Both the position numbers and the translations under genes were made by a program. The notes under the pieces are model-generated. The model worked only from the letters and a program-made list of their open reading frames with translations. It was not told where the DNA came from and ran no database searches. Of a DNA stretch of 64,000 nucleotides, positions 28,067 through 37,246 are shown piece after piece (position 1 is the first letter of the stretch; every line of letters begins with the position of its first letter). The DNA is from Eubacteriales bacterium (GTDB taxonomy: Bacteria; Bacillota; Clostridia; Oscillospirales; CAG-272), in the NCBI GenBank assembly GCA_045540335.1, contig JAZQHC010000041.1, positions 986-64,985 on the forward strand, read 5' to 3'.

Positions 28067-29698
28067 ATGAAAAAATTCTCTTTATTATTGGCGGTAATTA
28101 TGATATTTTCATCTTTTACGCTGTCTGCTTGTCAATCGGGCGGCGCGGCAGATTCTTCTGCCGAATCAGATACCGTACAGGGTACGTCCGATACCGTATT
28201 GCAACAGGTAAACGACAATTACAGAACGTTTTATCAGATATTCGTAGGCTCTTTTTCCGATTCCAATAACGACGGCATCGGTGATATACGTGGAATAATC
28301 AATAGATTTGATTATTTAAACGACGGTTCTTCCAAATACACGGGCAAAAGCCTTGGCGTGCAGGGAATATGGCTGTCGCCTATATTCACTTCACCGTCTT
28401 ACCACAAGTACGATGCGACTGATTATTATGAAATAGACTGGCGCTTCGGCACGGAAAACGACTTAAAGGACCTTATAACGCTTTGCAAGGAAAGAAACGT
28501 TAAAATCATACTTGACCTTGCCATAAACCACACGTCTGCTACGCACGAATGGTTTACAAAATTCAAGCAGGCGCGTATCAACAACGATACTGCAAACGAG
28601 TATTACGATTTTTACTCTTGCGTAACGACATCAGAAAAGCAAGGCGGTATATCTTACCAAAAGATAGCAGGCGTTGACTGCTGGTTTGAATGCAACTTTT
28701 CTTCAGGCATGCCGGAGCTTAATTTCGACAATCAACAGGTAAGGCAAGAAACGCTTGATATTGCAAAATATTATCTTGACCTCGGCGTTGACGGCTTCAG
28801 ATTTGATGCAGTAAAATACATCTATTACGGAAACACTCAAAAATCTGTTGCTTTTTGGGAATGGTATATGGACGAGCTGCGTAAAATAAAGCCCGACATA
28901 TATTGCGTTGGCGAATGCTGGTCTGGTGAAACGGAAATACTTGATTATTACGGTGCTATGAACTGCTTTAACTTTGCCACATCGCAGGCAGAGGGTGTAG
29001 TGGCAAGTGCCGCAAAGGGATTTTCTTTATCCACGTTTACGAATTATACCGAATCGTTCCAGAACAAGGTTATTGCAAAAAATCCCAACGGTATGCCTAT
29101 GTCGTTCCTTTCCAACCACGATATGGACAGAATAGCAGGTGCATTCGTAACGGAAAATTATATGAAAATGGCGGCAAACCTGTACCTTCTTTCCCCCGGC
29201 TCGCCTGTTATATACTACGGTGAGGAATTGGGCATGCGCGGCTCGCGCGGAAGCGAAAATACAGATGCTAACCGCAGGTTGGCTATGCTTTGGGGCGACG
29301 ATGACCTTATAAAAGACCCCATCGGTGCAACGTACCCTGCAAACAAGCAGATACAAAGCACGGCTGCACAGCAAATGCAAGATGAAAACAGCCTTTTCAG
29401 CTATTACTGCAAGCTGCTTTTCATTCGCCACAAATATCCTGCCATAGCACGCGGAACGTATAATTCCGTTACCTCTTCGGAAAAAAATCTGGGCGGTTTT
29501 CTTGTGGAATACAACGGTGAAAAGATAGGTATATTCCACAATAACTCGTCAAACGAGCTGTCTGTTGACCTTAGCACCTGTTCAGACCTTAACGGCCACA
29601 CCTTCAGCGCTGTTGAAGACTTTATCGGAACGGCAAATGCTAAATTGGAAGGTACTGTTCTTACGGTTGGCCCGCACACAAGCGTAATATTAAAATAA
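28067..29698 (+). CDS. GH13 alpha-amylase family lipoprotein
   Basis: Lipobox LSAC; FSDSNNDGIGD, SYHKYD, DLAINH, DGFRFDAVK, VGECW, SNHDMDR. Confidence 0.9.
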   Translation: MKKFSLLLAVIMIFSSFTLSACQSGGAADSSAESDTVQGTSDTVLQQVNDNYRTFYQIFVGSFSDSNNDGIGDIRGIINRFDYLNDGSSKYTGKSLGVQGIWLSPIFTSPSYHKYDATDYYEIDWRFGTENDLKDLITLCKERNVKIILDLAINHTSATHEWFTKFKQARINNDTANEYYDFYSCVTTSEKQGGISYQKIAGVDCWFECNFSSGMPELNFDNQQVRQETLDIAKYYLDLGVDGFRFDAVKYIYYGNTQKSVAFWEWYMDELRKIKPDIYCVGECWSGETEILDYYGAMNCFNFATSQAEGVVASAAKGFSLSTFTNYTESFQNKVIAKNPNGMPMSFLSNHDMDRIAGAFVTENYMKMAANLYLLSPGSPVIYYGEELGMRGSRGSENTDANRRLAMLWGDDDLIKDPIGATYPANKQIQSTAAQQMQDENSLFSYYCKLLFIRHKYPAIARGTYNSVTSSEKNLGGFLVEYNGEKIGIFHNNSSNELSVDLSTCSDLNGHTFSAVEDFIGTANAKLEGTVLTVGPHTSVILK

Positions 29699-29712
29699 CG
29701 AAAAAAATAAAG

Positions 29713-31521
29713 ATGGAAAATAAATTTATAGTTAACATCATCCATCGGCCCGAGCTTTCGCCGGAATACGCCGAAAAGGCACTGGGTAAAAGCGACGGCG
29801 TACGCGATGAATCACTTGACATATTTCGCTTTCAGCAAGACTGCGCGCACAAATACGGCTTGAAAACGACCATACAGATAACATATGCTTCGCTGTTTTC
29901 TGACGTTATCGTAGAGCTTGCAAAAAAAGAGCATGAAAAATACGGCGACGAGATAGGCCTTTCTTTATTAGGCCTTCCTTGCCCCGAATTTAAAGAAAAA
30001 TATAAAACGGACGATTTCTGCATCTGGATGTTTGATGAAAATAGGAAAATGCAGATAGTAGATGACGTTTTCGGGAAATTTTACAGCAAATTCGGCTTTT
30101 ATCCCGAATCAACAAGCAGTTATTTTCTCGATGCGTTCACCATCAACTATATAAAGGCAAAATATCCGTCTGTAAAATGTGCCGTTGCCACCTGCTGGGA
30201 GGAAGGGCCAAAAGCCTACCACACCTGCAACAACTCTTGGTACACGTTTATGGATGGCGGGCCGTGGAACCCGTGGATACCTTCAAAAATAAATTCGCAT
30301 TGCCCCGCTTCTGACGAAAGCGACGATTGCGGCATCGTTGCCATTCCGCACCTTTCGCGCGACCTTATGGCGTGCTTCGACGGCAACGGTTCAAACTTCG
30401 GAACGCATCCGCAGAACGTTTTGCGCGGTATGATATACTACAACGAAAACGGCAATTACGAATACCCGTACCTTTACAATCTTATCGACCAATACCGCCA
30501 TTTGGGAAAATATAACGACGGATATTGCTATAACATGATGTTCGTAGGGCCGGGCTGGCTTAACCGCAGGGGCCGTTGGGAAGCCCCGTACGAATTGCTT
30601 GCAAAATCGTACGACGACGGAATGAAGTATTACGGCAAGCTTAAAGAAGAAGGCAAGCTTACCGACATGACTATGAGCGAGTTTGCCGACCATTACCGCA
30701 ATACCCATAAAAACTACAAGCGCGGCGAATGCGCCCTTTGGAAGGATATCCTTTACGGAAGCAACAAGCAGTATTTCTGGTATGCAGACCCCGCAATGAG
30801 AACATGCTTTGACTTTAACCAGGGCGGCGCGCTGATAGATATGCGCCCCTACGTTGCGCGGATACCGCAAAAAACAGGTATCGGCACGGAAAACGTGTAC
30901 GATGCTTCATACCCTTACCTTATCCAGATAAACTACCGTGCAGGCTATTTTACGCACTATGCGGGCGCGGGAACCATACGCTCGTGTAAGGTATCGTGCA
31001 GAGGCGAAAGTGCCGACCTTTGCCTTTGCAGAACGATGGCAAAATACGAAAAAACGCAAGACGGCGTGCGCCTTGTGTGCAACCCCGTAACCGTTACGCT
31101 GGGCGGTATTGACATCGTTATAGAATCCGCCTTTACGATTATCGAGGGTGAAGGAAAGATAATAACGCAGCGCAAAATATTAAACGATATAAATAACGAA
31201 GAAGTATCTTTTTGCGAATACTTTACGGGTGCTTTCGGCACAACGGAATACCAGGCTGATATGTCTGATATAATTCTTGGTGCAGATGGGGAAAGTATTC
31301 AGTATTCCTACCTTGGCAGGCGTATTGAAAAGCAAGGCGCACAGCGCGTATTTGCAAATATCCCCAACGTTAACACCGTTGTTGAAATGGGCGGTGAAAA
31401 CGACGCTGCATACGCAGAAGAGGGTATCGCCTTTTCGCCCGTATTTCATATCGGGCTTAACAAAACTATCGTTGGCAAAGGGGTGGTTGAAACGTGGCTC
31501 AATCTACGAAAGGGAAATTAA
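29713..31521 (+). CDS. Uncharacterised 602-aa cytoplasmic protein, possible NodB/GH57-like barrel plus beta-sandwich
   Basis: Long ORF with host codon usage and no signal peptide. GLKTTIQITY..DEIGL..FGFYPES..MTMSEFAD pattern typical of (beta/alpha)7 CE4/GH57-like folds. Confidence 0.55.
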   Translation: MENKFIVNIIHRPELSPEYAEKALGKSDGVRDESLDIFRFQQDCAHKYGLKTTIQITYASLFSDVIVELAKKEHEKYGDEIGLSLLGLPCPEFKEKYKTDDFCIWMFDENRKMQIVDDVFGKFYSKFGFYPESTSSYFLDAFTINYIKAKYPSVKCAVATCWEEGPKAYHTCNNSWYTFMDGGPWNPWIPSKINSHCPASDESDDCGIVAIPHLSRDLMACFDGNGSNFGTHPQNVLRGMIYYNENGNYEYPYLYNLIDQYRHLGKYNDGYCYNMMFVGPGWLNRRGRWEAPYELLAKSYDDGMKYYGKLKEEGKLTDMTMSEFADHYRNTHKNYKRGECALWKDILYGSNKQYFWYADPAMRTCFDFNQGGALIDMRPYVARIPQKTGIGTENVYDASYPYLIQINYRAGYFTHYAGAGTIRSCKVSCRGESADLCLCRTMAKYEKTQDGVRLVCNPVTVTLGGIDIVIESAFTIIEGEGKIITQRKILNDINNEEVSFCEYFTGAFGTTEYQADMSDIILGADGESIQYSYLGRRIEKQGAQRVFANIPNVNTVVEMGGENDAAYAEEGIAFSPVFHIGLNKTIVGKGVVETWLNLRKGN

Positions 31522-31754
31522 ATTTCCGCTGTCCTTCGTGCTTTATGAGGGATATCGACATTGATATGTTTTTCGATGAAGAAAACAAAGAATATTACTG
31601 CCTACGCTGCGGATTTACAGGCACGGAGGAAGACGTTCTGCGCCTTAACGAAAACGCAAGATACCGCTATCGCGCAATGAAGCTTCGCGTAGCCGACTTC
31701 GGTGAAGACAACGCCCCCTTGAAATTCGTGCCCCATAAAGGGGGATGCCAATGA
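31494..31754 (+). CDS. Small Zn-ribbon protein (CPSC...CLRC)
   Basis: Two CxxC motifs. Overlaps both neighbours (translational coupling). Confidence 0.75.
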   Translation: MAQSTKGKLNFRCPSCFMRDIDIDMFFDEENKEYYCLRCGFTGTEEDVLRLNENARYRYRAMKLRVADFGEDNAPLKFVPHKGGCQ

Positions 31755-32854
31755 TACTCGGAATCGACGCATCCACATATCTTGAAGAGCTTGACCACGG
31801 GGCGAAATACTTCATTAACGGCGTACAAACAGACCCCTTGGATGACTTTTTTAAAAATGGGGTAAGCTATATGCGTATCCGCATATGGAACGACCCGTTT
31901 TCACCCGATAAAAAGCCGTATCTTGCAGGAAATTGCGATATAGAAAATTATATAAAGCTGGGCAAGCTTGCAAAAAGCAAGGGGTACAAGCTTCTTCTTG
32001 ATTTTCATTACAGCGATTTTTGGGCAGACCCCGCAAAGCAAACGCTTCCGAAGGCGTGGGCAGATTACACCATAGACGAGCTTGTAAAAGCCGTTTACGA
32101 TTTCACAAAGCAAACGCTTATATCGGCGTGCAACGCGGGCGTTGCCCCCGAAATGATACAGGTTGGCAACGAAATAACCAACGGTATGCTTTGGCCGCAC
32201 GGCAAGCTTGAAGACGAAAACGGCAACAGGGGCAATTACGCCGATTTCTGCCGTCTTGTTGATGCAGGCTGCCGCGCTTGCAGAAGTATTCTTCCAAATG
32301 CGAAGATAGTTTTACATTTGGAAAGAAGCAACGATTCTGCAGTTTACGGCGAATTTTTCGAAAATATGCAAAAATTCGGCATTGATTACGATATAATAGG
32401 CGCATCGTACTATCCGTATTGGCACGGCACGCCTGAAGAGCTGTTTAATAACCTGAACGATTGCCGCAGATTTGGCAAGGAAGTAATGGTTATGGAGCTT
32501 GGGTACGGTTTTACATTAAAGCCGTATTCATTAAACGGCGAAGAAAAACGGCTTGTTATCGACCCGAACAGGGCATATGTTAAAGGCTTTACGGAAAAAT
32601 ACCCCCTTACGCCAAGCGGGCAGGCGGATTTTGTGCGCGACTTTTTAAAAAAAGCACGCGAAAATAACGTTGGCGGCGTTTTTTATTGGGAGCCTTTGTG
32701 GCTTCCCGGCGAGGGGATATGCTGGGCTTCGAAGGAAGGGCAGCAGTATATCCATGAGGAAGGAAAGTCAACCAGCAACGAATGGGCAAACCAATGCTTG
32801 TTTGATTACGATGGGGAAAAGCTTCCTGCTTTTGATGAGTATAGAATAATATAA
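31751..32854 (+). CDS. GH53 endo-beta-1,4-galactanase, no signal peptide
   Basis: LDFHYSDFWADPAKQ, QVGNEI, SYYPYWHG, MELGY, FYWEP. Confidence 0.92.
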   Translation: MILGIDASTYLEELDHGAKYFINGVQTDPLDDFFKNGVSYMRIRIWNDPFSPDKKPYLAGNCDIENYIKLGKLAKSKGYKLLLDFHYSDFWADPAKQTLPKAWADYTIDELVKAVYDFTKQTLISACNAGVAPEMIQVGNEITNGMLWPHGKLEDENGNRGNYADFCRLVDAGCRACRSILPNAKIVLHLERSNDSAVYGEFFENMQKFGIDYDIIGASYYPYWHGTPEELFNNLNDCRRFGKEVMVMELGYGFTLKPYSLNGEEKRLVIDPNRAYVKGFTEKYPLTPSGQADFVRDFLKKARENNVGGVFYWEPLWLPGEGICWASKEGQQYIHEEGKSTSNEWANQCLFDYDGEKLPAFDEYRII

Positions 32855-32945
32855 AATAATGTAATATTGTTCAGCAAATTATTTAAATACACTATGTTAT
32901 TTTTGTAGAATCTTCACAATTTTTAATTAAAAATTGTTATTTCTA

Positions 32946-32990
32946 TTGACATTTAACGGAAATAGTGTTACAATCGATAAGCGCTATATG
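32946..32990 (+). promoter_or_regulatory. SigA promoter with possible LacI-type operator
   Basis: TTGACA-N17-TACAAT (32946-32974), then ataagcgctat. Confidence 0.55.
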
Positions 32991-33027
32991 CGTAACACTC
33001 AAATTTTTCTATAGGAGGAAATATTTT

Positions 33028-34611
33028 ATGAAAATGAGTAAAATTTTGTCACTCGTTTTGGTAGTAGCTATGGCTGTAACCTCTTTGGTTGCATGCGGCG
33101 GCGATGCTACCGACGGAACAAGCGCAGGCACATCTGCCAACGGCACCTCCGCTGACACAAGTGCAACACCCGATATTTCTGCCGAACTTAAAGGCACCTA
33201 CGATATTACAATGTGGGTTTCCGAAATCGAAGGCGTTTCTGCATTGTTCCAACAACAAATCGATGCTTTTGAAGCAGCTAACCCCGGTATCGTTATTAAC
33301 GCACAGATCGAAGGCGTTACCGAAGGCGACGCAGGATCTAAGGTTGTAAACGACGTTGCTACGGCACCCGACATTTACTGCTTCGCACAAGACCAGCTTG
33401 CTCGTCTTGTTCAGGCTTCCGCACTTGCTGCTCCCGGTAAGGGCGCTGCAAACACTATCATAGCAAACAACGACGCAGGTTCCGTTGCGGCTGCAACCGT
33501 TGCAGGTACACTTTACGCTTATCCTATGACAAGCGACAACGGTTACTATATGTACTATGATAAGAGCATCATCAACGATGAAGATGCTGAAAGTCTTGAA
33601 AAGATTATCGCAGCTTGCGAAGCAAACGGCAAAAAAATCCGTTTTGCTTTGGAAAACGCTTGGTACACAGCTTCCTTCTTCTTCGCAGCAGGCTGCCATT
33701 CCAACTGGACGATGGATGCAGAAGGCAACTTCAACGCTGTTGATGACGACTTCAACTCCGATAAGGGTCTTATCGCTATGAAGGGTATGCAGAAGCTTGC
33801 ACAATCTTCCGCATACGACAGCAACGCAGACGTATTTACAGATGCAGGCGTAGTAATCACAGGTATCTGGGCTGCTAACGATGCTGCAACACACTTTGGC
33901 GATAACCTCGGTGCTACAGACCTTCCTTCCTTCGAAATCGACGGTAAGTCTTACCACCTCGGTTCCTACACAGGTAACAAATTGATGGGCGTTAAACCCC
34001 AATCCGACGTAAAGAAAGCAGCAGTTCTTTCTTTGCTTGCACAATACCTTACAAACGAAGAATGCCAGAATCAAAGATATGAACAGTTCCAATGGGGTCC
34101 CTCCAACAAGGCAGCACAAGCTTCCGACGCTGTTCAATCCAACATTTCCTTGGCAGCACTTGCTAAACAGGGCGAATTCGGTGTTCCCCAAGGCCAGATC
34201 CACGGTTCTTGGTGGGATATTGCAAAGGTTCTCGGCGCTGACGCTAAAGCAGCTACAAGCGACGCAGATCTTAAAGCAGCTTTAGATGCATACAAGGCTG
34301 CAGTTGATGCAACACTTACAATGACAGACGAACAGAAAAACGCTTGGGGCGTTATCGGCGGTATCTGCGGTACAAACTGGGATACAGACTTCCCGATGAC
34401 AGAAGGTCCTGACGGCACATACACTTCTGAAGTTCTTGAACTTAAAGCAGGTCAGGAATTCAAAGTACGTCAAGGCGCATCTTGGGATGTTAACTTCGGC
34501 GTTGAATTCAACGGTGGTAACATCGTTGTTGAAGCAGACGGTAAATACAAGGTTCAACTCGTTTGGGACGGTGCTCAAACAGGTACAGTAACTTTGATCG
34601 CTGCTGAATAA
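33028..34611 (+). CDS. Sugar ABC transporter solute-binding lipoprotein (MalE/GanS-like) with C-terminal SusE/F-X25-like starch-binding module
   Basis: Lipobox LVAC; APDIYCFAQDQL, YAYPMTSDNGYYMYYDKS; tail WGVIG..NWDTDFPM..EFKVR..WDVNFG. Confidence 0.88.
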   Translation: MKMSKILSLVLVVAMAVTSLVACGGDATDGTSAGTSANGTSADTSATPDISAELKGTYDITMWVSEIEGVSALFQQQIDAFEAANPGIVINAQIEGVTEGDAGSKVVNDVATAPDIYCFAQDQLARLVQASALAAPGKGAANTIIANNDAGSVAAATVAGTLYAYPMTSDNGYYMYYDKSIINDEDAESLEKIIAACEANGKKIRFALENAWYTASFFFAAGCHSNWTMDAEGNFNAVDDDFNSDKGLIAMKGMQKLAQSSAYDSNADVFTDAGVVITGIWAANDAATHFGDNLGATDLPSFEIDGKSYHLGSYTGNKLMGVKPQSDVKKAAVLSLLAQYLTNEECQNQRYEQFQWGPSNKAAQASDAVQSNISLAALAKQGEFGVPQGQIHGSWWDIAKVLGADAKAATSDADLKAALDAYKAAVDATLTMTDEQKNAWGVIGGICGTNWDTDFPMTEGPDGTYTSEVLELKAGQEFKVRQGASWDVNFGVEFNGGNIVVEADGKYKVQLVWDGAQTGTVTLIAAE

Positions 34612-34632
34612 TCTACACGATTCGAAAAAAAC

Positions 34633-34734
34633 GAACGAACGGGGGCTTTAAAGCCCCCGCGTTCGGGCAGAAAGGCATTGTTAGCCAACGTAAATAGGAC
34701 AATGGTGCCTTTGCGTTGTCTAACAATGCTTTCT
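34633..34734 (+). promoter_or_regulatory. Two stem-loops between the SBP and permease genes (mRNA stabiliser/partial terminator)
   Basis: gggggcttt-aaagccccc and agaaaggcattgttag...ctaacaatgctttct. Confidence 0.6.
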
Positions 34735-34778
34735 TATTACAACAAGGAGTTAGTATAAACTCGGTTTATATTCTGAAT

Positions 34779-36350
34779 ATGAAAAGATTAAACGATTTAG
34801 ATTATTTAAAACTGAATAAGGCTTCTGCTTTTTTGTACAACTTAAAGCTGTTCTTCTGCTGTATCCCGTCTTTTTTCAAAAAACTTGGTCTTAGCATATT
34901 GAATTTTTTCAAAAGTTGCGGAATTGCAGTTAAAGACGAGGTTGTGGATATTTTCACCACTTTTACAAAAGGCAACTGGGCTGTAAAGCTCTCTTTTCTT
35001 ATTTTCGGTTTTGGCAATTTCTATTACGGGCAGATATTACGCGGATTACTGTTTCTTTTGTTTGAAGTAGTTTTCTTTGCTTATATGTTCGTTCCCAGCG
35101 GCGGTATTTATTGGTTTTCAAAGGTTAACTGGTTTGAAAAAGATGCTACCGTCGGCACTGTTCAAGGTAAGTTTGAATATAACATGATATACGATACTGA
35201 CATTTGGATACCCGGCGACGACTCTGTTAAGGTTTTACTTTACGGTTTGTTAACGGTAATATTCATAGTTGCTTTCTTCTGCACTTGGAGAATGCAAGTA
35301 AAGCAATGCCGTATCTGTATGAACATTACTGCAAAGGGCAAAAAAATTAAAAGCGGTAAAGACGACCTTCGTTCTTTGCTTGACGACCAATTCCACAAAA
35401 CGCTTCTTGCACTTCCCATAGGCGGTATTCTTATTTTTACCGTATTGCCTATTATTTACATGGTGCTTATCGCGTTTACAAGCTACGATGCCGCACACGA
35501 CGGCTACGCCAACCTGTTTACTTGGGTAGGGCTTGAGCATTTCAACGAATTGTTCGATTTTGGTAAGGGCGGCTTGGGCCTTGCTTTCGGCGAGATCCTT
35601 TCTTGGACGCTTATGTGGGCTTTCTTCGCTACTTTTACCAACTACTTTCTGGGTATGTTCGTTGCAATAATGATAAACAAGAAGGGCATCAAGATAAAGA
35701 AATTCTGGCGTACCATTCTTGTTATGACCATTGCTATTCCGCAGTTTGTTTCGCTTCTTTACGTTGCAAGGCTTTTCGACTCTTCAGGTATTATCGGAAA
35801 GCTGCTGCTTGAATGGGATATCATTCCGCAGGCAATGCAGGCTGCAAAACAATTTTCACTTTGGCAAAACCCGATATCAGCAAAAATTTTGCTTATCGTT
35901 TTAAATATTTGGGTTGGTATTCCCTACATCATGCTTATGGCAACGGGTATTCTTATGAATATCCCGCAGGATCTTTACGAATCCTCCCGTATTGACGGGG
36001 CAAGCGTATGGCAGCAGTATTCAAAAATCACGTTGCCTTATATGATGTTCGTTATGGGCCCGTACTTGTTGACGAGCTTCGTAAACAACCTTAACAACTT
36101 TAACGTAATATACCTTTTAACGCAAAACAACCAGCTTATAAATACAGAAATAGGTACGGCGGGCGGCGTTTCCGTTTGCTATACGGACCTTTTGATTACG
36201 TGGCTGTATAAAATGACGCTTAACAGCGCAGAAAGTAAATACTATATGGCTTCGATAATCGGTATTTTGGTATTCGTTGTTGTTGCGGTACTGTCTTTGA
36301 TAGTATATAATGTAATTCCGTCAACCAGAAACGAGGAGGATTACAGATAA
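34779..36350 (+). CDS. Sugar ABC transporter permease (MalF/GanP-like)
   Basis: IPQDLYESSRIDGAS..QYSKITLP EAA loop; NNFNVIYLLT. Confidence 0.92.
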   Translation: MKRLNDLDYLKLNKASAFLYNLKLFFCCIPSFFKKLGLSILNFFKSCGIAVKDEVVDIFTTFTKGNWAVKLSFLIFGFGNFYYGQILRGLLFLLFEVVFFAYMFVPSGGIYWFSKVNWFEKDATVGTVQGKFEYNMIYDTDIWIPGDDSVKVLLYGLLTVIFIVAFFCTWRMQVKQCRICMNITAKGKKIKSGKDDLRSLLDDQFHKTLLALPIGGILIFTVLPIIYMVLIAFTSYDAAHDGYANLFTWVGLEHFNELFDFGKGGLGLAFGEILSWTLMWAFFATFTNYFLGMFVAIMINKKGIKIKKFWRTILVMTIAIPQFVSLLYVARLFDSSGIIGKLLLEWDIIPQAMQAAKQFSLWQNPISAKILLIVLNIWVGIPYIMLMATGILMNIPQDLYESSRIDGASVWQQYSKITLPYMMFVMGPYLLTSFVNNLNNFNVIYLLTQNNQLINTEIGTAGGVSVCYTDLLITWLYKMTLNSAESKYYMASIIGILVFVVVAVLSLIVYNVIPSTRNEEDYR

Positions 36351-37234
36351 TGAAGAAAACGAATAATAACACGATAAGGAAAACCGGTCTTGGTGCAAAA
36401 GCCAGCAGAAGATTGGGTAATGCCGTTGTTTACGCGCTTCTTATCCTTATGACTTTAATATGGATGTTTCCGTTTTTCGGTATCGTTTTGGAATCCTTCA
36501 GGGTTGAGTACACAGGACAGGTTAGTTATCTGTGGCCTAAGGAATTCGGGCTTGACAACTACGTAAGATTGTTTAAAGAAACGGACTTTCTTATCTGGTT
36601 TAAAAACACGGCTATAATGGGCGTTGCAACGGCTGTTTTGCAGACGTTCTTCGTTCTTTCAATGAGTTACGTTTTATCAAGATTAAGATTCAACGGAAGA
36701 AAAACGTTGATGAATCTTATGCTTATCCTCGGAATGTTCCCCGGATTTCTTACGATGATTCTTATCTACAAGGTATTTACCGATTTGGGGCTTACCTTGC
36801 AGATGGCACCTTTGGGCTTGATTATCGTATATTGCGCAAGCAGCGGTATGGGATATTACGTATCTAAAGGCTTCTTTGATACGATTCCGAAAAGCTTGGA
36901 TGAGGCGGCAAGGGTTGACGGGGCTACCCGTTGGCAGGTATTCTACAAGGTTATCATGCCTTTATCCAAACCGATCGTCATTTATACGGTTCTTATGGGC
37001 TTTATGGCTCCCTGGGGGGACTTTATGCTTGCAAGTTACCTCATTCACGAAAACAGCGCAGGTATGAACGTTGCCGTTGGTATGTTTGAATGGCTTTCAA
37101 AAACTGTATTGAACACTAACTACACTATGTTCTGTGCGGCAGGCGTTATTGTGGCTATTCCTGTTACTATCGTATTCCTTTGCTTGCAAAAGTATTACGT
37201 TGAAGGTGTAACAGGCGGGGCTGTGAAAGGATAA
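36350..37234 (+). CDS. Sugar ABC transporter permease (MalG/GanQ-like)
   Basis: KGFFDTIPKSLDEAARVDGA; QKYYVEGVTGGAVKG. Confidence 0.93.
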   Translation: MKKTNNNTIRKTGLGAKASRRLGNAVVYALLILMTLIWMFPFFGIVLESFRVEYTGQVSYLWPKEFGLDNYVRLFKETDFLIWFKNTAIMGVATAVLQTFFVLSMSYVLSRLRFNGRKTLMNLMLILGMFPGFLTMILIYKVFTDLGLTLQMAPLGLIIVYCASSGMGYYVSKGFFDTIPKSLDEAARVDGATRWQVFYKVIMPLSKPIVIYTVLMGFMAPWGDFMLASYLIHENSAGMNVAVGMFEWLSKTVLNTNYTMFCAAGVIVAIPVTIVFLCLQKYYVEGVTGGAVKG

Positions 37235-37246
37235 AAGGAGAATAAT

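Noticed and set aside
33049-34203. 384-aa antisense ORF and similar shadow ORFs (e.g. 11986-12792, 37733-38374, 39648-40415, 46092-46781, 57824-58477)
   Set aside because: They lie opposite well-supported genes with strong codon bias and show no recognisable motifs.
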